A program made the translations under genes and the position numbers. Below the pieces are notes generated by a model. That model saw nothing but the letters and a program-made list of their open reading frames with translations, did not search any database and was not told where the DNA came from. Positions 17,008 to 28,213 of a stretch of 64,000 nt of DNA are shown piece after piece. The stretch's first letter is position 1; each line of letters starts with the position of its first letter. The stretch lies in the NCBI GenBank assembly GCA_963822445.1, contig CAWGHO010000003.1, forward strand, positions 448,001 to 512,000, written 5' to 3'. The DNA is from an uncultured Acidobacteriota bacterium. GTDB lineage: Bacteria; Acidobacteriota; Thermoanaerobaculia; Gp7-AA8.

Positions 17008-18459
17008 ATGTCGTATCCCATCTCCTTCGGCACCGACGGCTGGCGCGCCGTCATTGCCGACACTTTTACCTTCGACAACGTGAAGCTGGTCAGCGACGCC
17101 ATCGCCGTCGCGGCGCGGACGCTGAAGCCGCCCGCGGACGTCGACGCGAACGCGCTGATCGTCGGATTCGATCGCCGGTTTCTGTCGCGTGAATTCGCGG
17201 CGCTGGTCGCGGAGTCTCTGCGCGCGGCCGGATATCGCGTTCTGCTCTCCGATCGTCCCACGCCCTCCCAGACCATCTCCTTCACCGCCCGTCATCGCAA
17301 GCTCCTCGGCGGCGTCGTCGTCACGGCCAGTCACAACCCGGCCAACTACAACGGACTCAAATTCAAGGCGTGGTACGGCGGATCGGCGTTGCCCGAGACG
17401 TACGCGGCCATCGCGGCGAGCGTCGGAAAACGCGATGCGCGCGAAGGCGGCTCGATTGCCGAAGAGAACATCCTCGACGACTACCTCGACGCGGTACGCG
17501 CGCAACTCGATCTCGATCTGCTCAAGTCGGCGAAGCTGGCGATTCTGCACGACCCCATCCACGGCGCCGCGGCGACGCTGCCGTCGAAGATCCTCGGCAT
17601 CGATTACGTCGGCTCGCGGCGGATCCTCAATCGCGTCGAGCATCCTTTCGAGACCACCCTCATCGACGGCATTCGCGGAGACGTCAATCCCTCGTTCGGC
17701 GGCGTGAATCCCGAGCCGATTCCTGAGAATCTGGCGGCGTCCCGCAACGTGATGCTCTCCGGCGATTACGACCTGGCCATCTGCAACGACGGCGACGCCG
17801 ACCGGCTGGGCATCCTCGATGAGCGCGGCGAATTCGTCTCACCGCACAAGATCATTTCCCTGCTCGCGCTGTATCTCGTGCGGGAGAAGAAGCGCGAAGG
17901 GGAGATCGTGAAGACGTTCTCCACCACCCGGCTCATCGAGCGCGTCGCGAAATCCCTCGGCGCGACGCTGCACGAGACGCCGATCGGCTTCAAGTACGTC
18001 GCCGATCTGATGCTCGCCCGCAACGTCCTTGTCGGCGGGGAGGAGAGCGGCGGCATCGGCTTCGGCGCGTTCATGCCCGAGCGCGACGGCGTGCTCTCGG
18101 GCCTGCTCGTCGCGGAAGCGGTCGCGCATTACGGACTGCCGCTCTCCGACATCATCGCCAGGATGGAAAAGGAGTTCGGCGCGCTGCATTACGACCGCCG
18201 CGACGTCCGCCGTCCGATGGAACAGTGCGCGCGGCTGATCGAGCGCGTCCGCGCCGGCGAGCTCGATCGCACGTTCGGCGACGGCTTCGAATCCCGCGAG
18301 GAAACCGACGGCGTGAAGATCAACTTCGCCGACGGCTCGTGGATCCTCTTCCGCAAGTCCGGCACCGAGCCGCTCATCCGCATTTACTGCGAGAGCCTCG
18401 AGGCGGCGCGGGTGCAGTCGATGCTGGACCGGGCTGTTGAAGAGCTGGATCGCGTCTGA
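17008..18459 (+). CDS. Phosphoglucomutase/phosphomannomutase family protein
   Basis: FGTDGWRA, TASHNP, DGDADR, GGEESGG, RKSGTEP. Confidence 0.95.
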   Translation: MSYPISFGTDGWRAVIADTFTFDNVKLVSDAIAVAARTLKPPADVDANALIVGFDRRFLSREFAALVAESLRAAGYRVLLSDRPTPSQTISFTARHRKLLGGVVVTASHNPANYNGLKFKAWYGGSALPETYAAIAASVGKRDAREGGSIAEENILDDYLDAVRAQLDLDLLKSAKLAILHDPIHGAAATLPSKILGIDYVGSRRILNRVEHPFETTLIDGIRGDVNPSFGGVNPEPIPENLAASRNVMLSGDYDLAICNDGDADRLGILDERGEFVSPHKIISLLALYLVREKKREGEIVKTFSTTRLIERVAKSLGATLHETPIGFKYVADLMLARNVLVGGEESGGIGFGAFMPERDGVLSGLLVAEAVAHYGLPLSDIIARMEKEFGALHYDRRDVRRPMEQCARLIERVRAGELDRTFGDGFESREETDGVKINFADGSWILFRKSGTEPLIRIYCESLEAARVQSMLDRAVEELDRV

Positions 18460-18475
18460 GGTAGGATTCGGGCCG

Positions 18476-20841
<2,366 letters not shown>

Positions 20842-20842
<1 letters not shown>

Positions 20843-21168
20843 TGCTCGCAAAGACTCCTGATCCGCCCTATTACGCCGTGATCTTCACGTCGCTGCGCAC
20901 GCCGGTCGCGGAGGGTTACGACGACATGTCCGCGAAGATGGTGGAGATGGCCGCGCAGCAGCCCGGCTTCCTCGGCGTGGAAAGCGCTCGCGGCGAAGAT
21001 GGCCTGGGCATCACCGTTTCGTACTGGGAGAGCGAAGAGGCCATTGCCAACTGGCGCGCCAACGCCGAGCATCGCGTCGCGCAGTCGCAGGGTCGCGAGC
21101 AGTGGTACACCGAGTTCGTGACACGCGTGGCCAAGGTCGAGCGCGCGCGGACGTTCGCCGCGGGCTGA
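20842..21168 (+). CDS. Antibiotic biosynthesis monooxygenase (ABM) family protein
   Basis: PPYYAVIFTS...QPGFLGVESAR..GITVSYW...HRVAQ..GREQWY; TAATG coupling to the upstream gene. Confidence 0.9.
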
Positions 21169-21404
21169 GGGGAAACGACCAGGGGCCTCCGGCGGGCCGG
21201 CACGGCCGGCAGCGCTGATGTTGGCGTAAACGCGACCCGCGCTGGCTACCGCGAGCTCGGCAGAAGGCACAATCAACGCTGCCGGCCGTGCCGGCCCGCC
21301 TATAGCTTGTCCGACCGTCTCTCCGCTTCTCCCTCAGCCTTCACAGAAATACCCGTTGCGTGGCGATCAGGAGAACCGAGTTCAGACGGCGCGATACTAA
21401 GAAG

Positions 21405-21555
21405 AAGGGTTCGTCCCGCTACGAATTCCGCCCGTGTTCGGATCGACGAATCCCTCCGGACTTTCGAGCGGGACGAAGTGCTTTGGCCCGAAACGCATTC
21501 TCAGATGCTGTCGGAGCACGACTCGACTATAGGCCTTGCGCGCGGCCAAAGCCAA
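21405..21555 (+). ncRNA. IS110 bridge RNA (target-binding and donor-binding loops); the 5' end probably extends to about 21312
   Basis: Stem 21410-21420/21467-21477 encloses CCGCCCG (6/7 to the target left flank CGGCCCG) and CCTCCGG (reverse complement of core plus right target CCGGAGG). Stem 21480-21488/21544-21552 encloses CTCAGATG (matches the right-end donor) and CTATAGG (reverse complement of core plus left-end CCTATAG). Confidence 0.8.
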
Positions 21556-21572
21556 CCCGAAGGGAGGGTGTG

Positions 21573-22817
21573 ATGAGCGAGTTCGAGTTTGGGGCGTTGG
21601 TGGGACTGGATTGGGGTGACACATCGCACGAGGTGGCTCTTTGGGACGAGCAACAGCAGACGTGCACGAACGAGCGCATCGAGCACACGCCTGCGGCTCT
21701 GCGCGCATGGATCGAAGGCTCGGATGAAACGCCTCACGATACCGGGCTGCACTGCGTGGGTTGATCGGATACAACGTGACGAACGGATAGCCGCTGAGCG
21801 CGTCGAAGACCGCGCCGCGGGACTGCTCGATGGCCACGGCGATCGGTGCCCCGCCGAAGCGCGCCTGCAGCGCTTTCGAAAGACGATCCGACCGACGCGG
21901 CGTCCTTGCTCGACCTGCTCCGTAAGCACCGCAACGAGCTGCGCCCGTTCATCGCCGACGACGCTTCTACGCGTCTGCTGCGGCTTCTGACCGAGGATCG
22001 GCGGGAGCTCGTCGATCAGAGGACGCAACACGTCCAACGCATGACCGATCGGCTCAAGACGTACTACCCGCAGGCGCTCCGGTGGGCCGGCGCGTTGATT
22101 ACGGCGCAGGCCTGTGACTTCCTCGAACGCTGGCCGACGCTCGAGGCCATCCAAAGGGCTCGGCCGTCCGCGATACGGAGGTTCTATGCGGGTCATCATC
22201 ACGCGGCCGCGTGGATCGACCAGAAGCTCGCCGAGATCCGTTCAGAGGTCGCGTTCCACGACGATCAGGTCACCACTGACGCTGCCGTGCTGCTGATCGG
22301 AAGCGAGGTTGCGCAGATCCGGGCCCTCAACGCGAGCATCGCCACGTACGACCAGAAGATCTCGGCGGCGTTCGCCGCCCACCAGGACGCGTCGATCTTC
22401 GCGAGCTTCCCTGGCGCCGGCCAACAGCTCGCGCCGCGGCTCGCCGCCGCCTTCGGGACCGATCGCAAGCGCTTCGGCAGCGCCGTCAACGTCGCCACCC
22501 GAAGCGGCATCGCCCCGGTTCTCCGCCGGAGCGGCAAAACGGCGGTCGTGCACATGCGCTGGGCCTGTCCGAAGTTCCTGCGTCAGACGTTCCATGAGTA
22601 CGCCCGCGTGTCGATCGGTCAGTCCGAATGGGCTCGAGCCTTCTACAAGCAGCAACGCGCGCGCGGACACAGCCACCACGAGGCTATCCGCACGCTCGCT
22701 TACCGCTGGATCCGCGTCCTTTACGCCTGCTGGAACAATCGCACCGTCTACGACGAAGCTCTCTATCTGCGGCAGCTCGCCACGCGAGGCTCAACCCTCG
22801 CCACAGCTGCTGCCTGA
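21573..22817 (+). pseudogene. IS110 DEDD transposase/recombinase disrupted by an internal 157-bp inversion (21717-21873)
   Basis: GLDWG on the + strand, AVAIEQ...YPINP on the - strand, KDDPTDA and APVLRRSGK on the + strand. Flipping 21717-21873 yields a continuous 414-aa ORF. Confidence 0.88.
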
Positions 22818-22818
22818 C

Positions 22819-22841
22819 TTGACAGGAAGGCTCAGATGTCC
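22819..22841 (+). promoter_or_regulatory. -35 half of the IS110 circle-junction promoter
   Basis: TTGACA 22819-22824 plus 17 nt to the element end; circularisation joins it to TATAGC at 21301-21306. Confidence 0.75.
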
Positions 22842-22863
22842 GGAGGCCCCACGGTCGTTCTCT

Positions 22864-23631
22864 CTAGCCCCGCACCCGCTGACCGCCCGTGTACACGTTG
22901 AAGCGCCCGTCGCGCACGAATCCGAGGAGCGTGAGGTTGAATTCGCTCGCGAGCTCGATCGCCAGCGAGGACGGTGCACCGACCGCGGCCAGGACCGCGA
23001 TGCGCGCGACCAGCGCCTTCTGCACGATCTCGAAACTGGTCCGGCCGCTGACGACCATCACCCGATCGGCGATGCTCGCGCCTTCGCGGAAAAACGAGCC
23101 GATCACTTTGTCGACGGCGTTGTGCCGGCCGATGTCCTCACGAATGCGGACGAGCTCACCGGTTGTCGTGAAGATCCCGGCGGCGTGAATCGCACCGGTG
23201 GCGTCGAATGCCTTCTGTGCGGCGCGGAGTGTTTCGGGCAGCGACGAGATGATGGCGGGGGAGACCCGCGCGTTCGATTCGATTGGCGTGAGGTGCACGC
23301 GCAACGCGTCGATCGAGACCTTGCCGCACACACCGCACGACGACGTCGAATAGAAATGGCGTTGCAGGCGCTGCAGATCGAGTTTTTCACGGGCCTCTAC
23401 GCGCACGATGTTCGATGAGCCCCAGTGACGGATCGACACGATTTCCGTGGCTGCTCTGAGAATCGATTCGGTGAACAGGAACCCCGCGGCCAGGTCGAAG
23501 TCCTCGCCGGGCGTTCGCAGGGTTACCGAGACGGGCTTCTCGCCGACACGGATCTCCAGCGGTTCCTCGACGGCGACGATGTCCTCGGCTTCGGTGGGGA
23601 CGCCTGCTTCGTATCGGGTGATGCGCGTCAT
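22864..23631 (-). CDS. fdhD: Formate dehydrogenase accessory sulfurtransferase
   Basis: VEEPLEIRV..TLRTPG..LAAGFLFTE, SSCGVCG, TGAIHAA, REDIGRHNAVDK. Confidence 0.95.
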   Translation of the reverse strand: MTRITRYEAGVPTEAEDIVAVEEPLEIRVGEKPVSVTLRTPGEDFDLAAGFLFTESILRAATEIVSIRHWGSSNIVRVEAREKLDLQRLQRHFYSTSSCGVCGKVSIDALRVHLTPIESNARVSPAIISSLPETLRAAQKAFDATGAIHAAGIFTTTGELVRIREDIGRHNAVDKVIGSFFREGASIADRVMVVSGRTSFEIVQKALVARIAVLAAVGAPSSLAIELASEFNLTLLGFVRDGRFNVYTGGQRVRG

Positions 23632-23672
23632 CGTTCGACATGCTAGTGGAGCACTCCATTAAACTCCCGCCC

Positions 23673-26624
23673 ATGTGGCCGATCCTCCGCCAACTCCTGG
23701 GTGACAAGAACGCCGCAGTCAGCGAACGCACCCGCAACCTGCAGCCGAAAAACGAGAACACCAGCGTCGCGCGATCGGTCTGCCCGTACTGCGCGGTCGG
23801 CTGCGGACAGCTGGTCTTTCACCGCGGCGATCGCGTGGTCAGCATCGAAGGCGATCCCGCATCGCCCATCTCCCGCGGCCACCTCTGTCCCAAAGGCGCC
23901 GCGAGCTACGAGCTGGTCACGCACGCCGGTCGAGCCACGCGAGTGAAATACCGCGCACCGCGATCGCGCAAGTGGACGGAGCTCGATCTCGAGACGGCGG
24001 TGGACATGGTCGCCGACCGCATCTGGGCGACGCGCGAGCGCACCTTCGACGAAAAGCACAACCACACCACCGGCATCGCCCACCTCGGCGGCGCGACGCT
24101 CGACATCGAAGAGAACTACCTCATCAAGAAGCTCTTCACCGCCGGACTGGGGATGGTCTGCCTGAGCAATCAGGCGCGGATATGACACAGCTCCACGGTG
24201 CCCGGTCTGGGTACCACTTACGGCCGCGGCGGCGCCACGACCGCGCAGCAGGACCTCGCCAATTCCGACGCCATTCTGATCATGGGCTCGTCGATGGCCG
24301 AGAACCATCCAGTCGGATTCCAGTGGGTGATCGAAGCGCGCGAAAAGAATCACGCGAAGGTCATCCATGTCGACCCGCGATTCACTCGCACGTCGGCCAT
24401 GGCCGATTACTGGCTCCCACTGCGCGCCGGCAGCGACCTGATCTTCCTCGGCGCGATGATCAACTACGTCATCGCGAACGACCGCTGGTTCCGCGAGTAC
24501 GTCGTGCGCTACACGAATGCGGCGGTGATCGTCCGCGATGATTTCGTCGATACCGAGGATCTCGGTGGCGTTTTTTCGGGTCCGGAGACGTGGTTGTATC
24601 CGGACGCGCCGTCGGGATCGCGCGACACCGGCCATCGCGGCGAAGCACAAGGCGCGCCGCAAACGCCGCCCGATCCACCGCGCGACGAAACGCTGCAGCA
24701 TCCGCGATGCGTGTTCCAGGTGCTGAAGCGCCACTTCGCGCGGTACACGCCGGAGATGGTCGAGCGCTCGTGCGGGATTCCGGCGGCATCGTTTCTCGAG
24801 GTAGCGGACGTCTTCACGAGCGCTTCCGGACCGGAGAAGACCGCGTCGATCTGTTACGCCGTCGGCTGGACGCAGCATTCGAGCGGCGTGCAGACCATCC
24901 GCGCCGCGGCCATCCTTCAATTACTGCTCGGCAACGTCGGCCGTCCCGGCGGAGGAATCATGGCCCTCCGCGGACACGCGTCGATTCAGGGCTCGACGGA
25001 CATCCCCACGCTCTACGACATCCTGCCCGGCTACCTGCCCATGCCCACGTCGAGCGAGCCGTCCCTTGGCGACTACCTGAAGAAACACAAAGCGGCGAAG
25101 GGCTGGTGGTTCAACGTCGACAACTACCTCGTCTCGCTGCTGAAGGCTTACTACGGCGATGAGGCGAAACGCGAAAACGACTTCGGATACGCGTGGCTGC
25201 CGCGGCTCACCGGCGATCACTCCTACTTCGGCTACTGGCTGGACATGGCCGACGGCAAGCTCGAAGGGCTGATGGTCATGGGCCAAAACCCGGCGGTCGG
25301 CTCGCCGAACGCGAAGCTCGAGCGCGACGCGATGAAGAAGCTGAAGTGGATGGTTGTGCGGGAGATGGTCGAGACCGAAACGGCGATGTTCTGGCAGGAC
25401 GGGCCGGATGACGTCGAGACCGAGGTGTTCTTCTTCCCCGCGGCATCCCATGTCGAGAAGGACGGAACGTTCACCAACACCCAGCGCCTGCTGCAGTGGC
25501 GCGAGAAAGCGGTCGAGCCGCCCGGCGACGCCCGGAGTGAGCTGCAATTCATGGTCGCCCTCGGCCGCAAGCTCAAGGCCAAGGCGACGGACGCGCCGCG
25601 CGATGCGGCGCTCCGCGCGTTGACGTGGGATTACGCGGATGAAGATGCGGAGGAAGTGCTGCGGGAGATTCATGGCGGCCCGCGCATCAAGCACTTCGGC
25701 GAATTGAAAAACGACGGCTCGACCTACTGCGGCTGCTGGATCTACTCCGGCGTCTTCGACGGCGAGAACAAAGCAAACAACCGCGCGCCGAAAGGCCGCC
25801 ACGCGCACGGCTGGGGCTACGCGTGGCCGCTCGATCGCCGCATCCTCTACAACCGCGCCTCCGCGCGGCCGGACGGCAGACCATGGAGCGAGCGCAAGGC
25901 CCTGGTCTGGTGGGATGAAGAAAAGCGCGAGTGGGTCGGTCACGACGTGCCCGACTTCACTCGGGGAAAAGCACCCGACTATGTTCCAACCGCGGAGAGC
26001 GGCGGCGATGAAGCGCTGGCCGGCGACGCGCCGTTCATCATGCATCCCGACGGCATGGGCTGGTTGTGGGTTCCATCGGGCCTGAAGGACGGACCGTTGC
26101 CGGCGCATTACGAGCCGCTCGAATCGAACATCCGCAATCCGCTGTACGAACAGCAATCCAATCCCGCGGCTCTCCGTTTCGAGCGACCCGATAATCCGTA
26201 CGCCTCGTCACCCGACGCGCGATTCCCGTTCGTCCTCACCACCTATCGCCTGACTGAGCATCACACCGCCGGTGGCATGTCCCGCACGCTCTCGCATCTC
26301 GCGGAGCTTCAGCCCGAGCTCTTCGCGGAGATCTCGCCGGAGCTCGCGACGCAGGTCGGCGTGTCCAACGGTGAGTTCGTGACGATCTCCACGGCCCGCG
26401 GCGCGATCAATGCGCGTGCGCTCGTGACGACGCGCATGCCCTCGCTGCAGATTGACGGACAGACCGTGCACCAGGTCGGCCTGCCGTATCACTGGGGCGA
26501 TCGCGGTCTGGTGAAAGGGGACGTCGTCAACGATCTCCTGGCGATCTCCGAAGAGCCGAACGTGAAGATCTTCGAGTCGAAGGGGCTGACCTGCAATCTG
26601 ACGCGGAGTGCGTCAGCGGAATAG
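23673..26624 (+). CDS. fdhA: Selenocysteine-containing formate dehydrogenase alpha subunit (FdnG/FdoG-like); UGA-Sec at 24183-24185; alternative start 23640
   Basis: CPYCAVGCG...LCPKG Fe-S motif. NQARI-U-HSSTVPGLG joins two in-frame ORFs. Also AENHPVG, LRGHASIQG, LTTYRLTEH. Confidence 0.93.
24183..24215 (+). promoter_or_regulatory. UGA codon plus bacterial SECIS element
   Basis: TGA, 11 nt, then hairpin GGTGCCC-GGTCT-GGGTACC (24197-24215), matching the fdhF-type geometry and loop. Confidence 0.9.
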
Positions 26625-27146
26625 CCAGTCATACCTCGCGCCGACCGACAAAGCGAAAAGCGCCACCGCCGGAACAGTCACCGCAAGAGTCTTCCATGCG
26701 CGCGCGCGGAACTTCGGCGGAAAGAACGCAGCATCGAGCAACAGGGGCGCTGTCAGCAGCAGGAGAGAACCAAGCCAGGCCAGACTCCAGCCGATGAGGA
26801 AGAAGAGTGTGGCCTCGGCCGACATCGGGCCGGTGTAGGGTCCCGTGAGCAGGAAACCGATTCGCGCGCTGGCGACAATCAATGTTGCTGCTCCTGCCAA
26901 CGCCGCGATGGACGACGCGATCAACTCCGCCATTTGGGACGCGGCACTCTGTGAAGCCTCGCGCCACCAGATCGTGACAGGCAGCGCGGCGCTGATCAGG
27001 AGCACGACCATAAGCCAGGTTGACCGCGCGGTGTCGGTAGGCGAAGCGGCGAGCGTGATGATCAGGAGCGGCACGAAGACCATGAAGGCCTGCGTGAGTC
27101 GCCTGCCTGCCTCGCGTGCCGTTGTAAATGCCGGTCGTGCGTTCAC
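26613..27146 (-). CDS. Hypothetical membrane protein (about 5 TM)
   Basis: Hydrophobic ORF directly downstream of pheA. Confidence 0.55.
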   Translation of the reverse strand: MNARPAFTTAREAGRRLTQAFMVFVPLLIITLAASPTDTARSTWLMVVLLISAALPVTIWWREASQSAASQMAELIASSIAALAGAATLIVASARIGFLLTGPYTGPMSAEATLFFLIGWSLAWLGSLLLLTAPLLLDAAFFPPKFRARAWKTLAVTVPAVALFALSVGARYDWLFR

Positions 27147-27149
27147 GAT

Positions 27150-27998
27150 TTACCAGCGCGTCGGGTACGTTCCGAGGATCGTTACCGCGTCCGCCATCGA
27201 TCGGAGATTGTCCAGCGCCCGCGAAACCGGCTCTTCCGTCGCCTTGCCGATGACGTCGAGGTAGAAGCCGTACTCCCAGGGGCGGCCTTCGATCGGGCGC
27301 GACTCGATCTTCGACAGATCGATGTCCACCAGCGCGAATGCGCCGAGGGCGCGGAAGAGCGAGCCGGGCTTGTTCGCGATCCGCAGAAGAATCGACGTCT
27401 TCCAGCGGCGGGTCAGGGACTCGGCTGACGGTCTGACGTTTGAATCGGGCAGGGCAGCGAGAAAGAAGCGGGTGAAGTTCTGACTGTTGTCCTCGATCCC
27501 GGCCTCGATCACGCTTCCGCCATACAGCTCCGCGGCGCGGACGGACGCGATCGCGGCTTCGTCCTCGAGTCCACGTTCCATCACCAACCGGACCGCGCCG
27601 GCGGTGTCGTGAACGGGCACTGGTTCCAGGTTCGGATGGGCGCGCAGGAAGCGTCCGCACTGCGCGAGTGCGACAGGGTGGGAGTAGACCCGCCGCAGTT
27701 CGCGTGCGTTCGTCGCCGGTGGCGCGATGAGGTTGTGCGCGATGCGCAGGTTCGTTTCACCGCGAACGGTCAGCTGCGACTCGAGCAGCAGGTCGTAGTT
27801 CCGGTGGATCGATCCGGCGAGGCTGTTCTCGATCGGCGCGACGCAGCAATCGGCCGTTCCGAAGCGCACGGCGTCGAACATCTCTTCGAACGATCGAAAG
27901 GAAAGCGCCGTCATCGGCTCGCCGATGAGCCGTTCCGCGGCCGATTCGCTGAATGCGCCTGGTTCCCCCTGGTAAGCAACTCGAACCCGTTCGATCAT
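27150..27998 (-). CDS. pheA: Prephenate dehydratase with ACT domain
   Basis: VAYQGEPGAFSE, PIENSLAGSI, YSHPVALAQC, NFTRF, LSKIESRP. Confidence 0.95.
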   Translation of the reverse strand: MIERVRVAYQGEPGAFSESAAERLIGEPMTALSFRSFEEMFDAVRFGTADCCVAPIENSLAGSIHRNYDLLLESQLTVRGETNLRIAHNLIAPPATNARELRRVYSHPVALAQCGRFLRAHPNLEPVPVHDTAGAVRLVMERGLEDEAAIASVRAAELYGGSVIEAGIEDNSQNFTRFFLAALPDSNVRPSAESLTRRWKTSILLRIANKPGSLFRALGAFALVDIDLSKIESRPIEGRPWEYGFYLDVIGKATEEPVSRALDNLRSMADAVTILGTYPTRW

Positions 27999-28010
27999 CC
28001 GTTCCTCCTG

Positions 28011-28050
28011 AAAAGCAAAAGGCCCGCTCCTGTGTGATCAGGAGCGGGCC
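28011..28050 (-). terminator. Attenuator terminator upstream of pheA
   Basis: Minus strand GGCCCGCTCCTG-ATCACA-CAGGAGCGGGCC followed by TTTTGCTTTT. Confidence 0.85.
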
Positions 28051-28075
28051 GCTGGATCGCGTTGGTGTGCTGGTC

Positions 28076-28162
28076 TTAGCGGGCGATCAAGTGCGCTCCT
28101 GTGCGGCCGAAGCCGAAAAATCGGCCGGCAAACAGAAACAGCGCAAACGATCGATGACGCAT
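28076..28162 (-). CDS. Phe-rich leader peptide (pheL-like), 28 aa
   Basis: MRHRSFALFLFAGRFFGFGRTGAHLIAR*, 6 Phe codons; extended -10 TGcTATTCT 8 nt before the ATG. Confidence 0.8.
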   Translation of the reverse strand: MRHRSFALFLFAGRFFGFGRTGAHLIAR

Positions 28163-28213
28163 GGACGGTGAGAATAGCACGACGTCCGCGCGGCTTGCCC
28201 CGTACTACAGGGC

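Larger units (their letters stand above)
21301..22841 (+). mobile_element. IS110-family insertion sequence (1541 bp) with a CC core
   Basis: Boundaries are defined by the interrupted palindrome arm. CC is present at both junctions (21299-21300, 22840-22841). No terminal IRs; long left non-coding end, short right end. Confidence 0.88.
21174..22859. repeat. REP-like GC-rich inverted repeat pair; right arm interrupted by IS110
   Basis: 21182-21214 is the exact reverse complement (33 nt) of 21277-21300 joined to 22842-22850 (CGCTGCCGGCCGTGCCGGCCCGCC|GGAGGCCCC); similarity extends imperfectly on both sides. Confidence 0.85.

Noticed and set aside
21717-21873. Inversion catalysed by the element's own bridge RNA
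   Set aside because: The breakpoints (AAG/CTT) do not resemble the CC-core target or donor sequences encoded by the guides.
23640-24185. Separate small Fe-S protein or truncated fdhA pseudogene
   Set aside because: The stop is an in-frame UGA with a SECIS element, so it is a selenocysteine codon.
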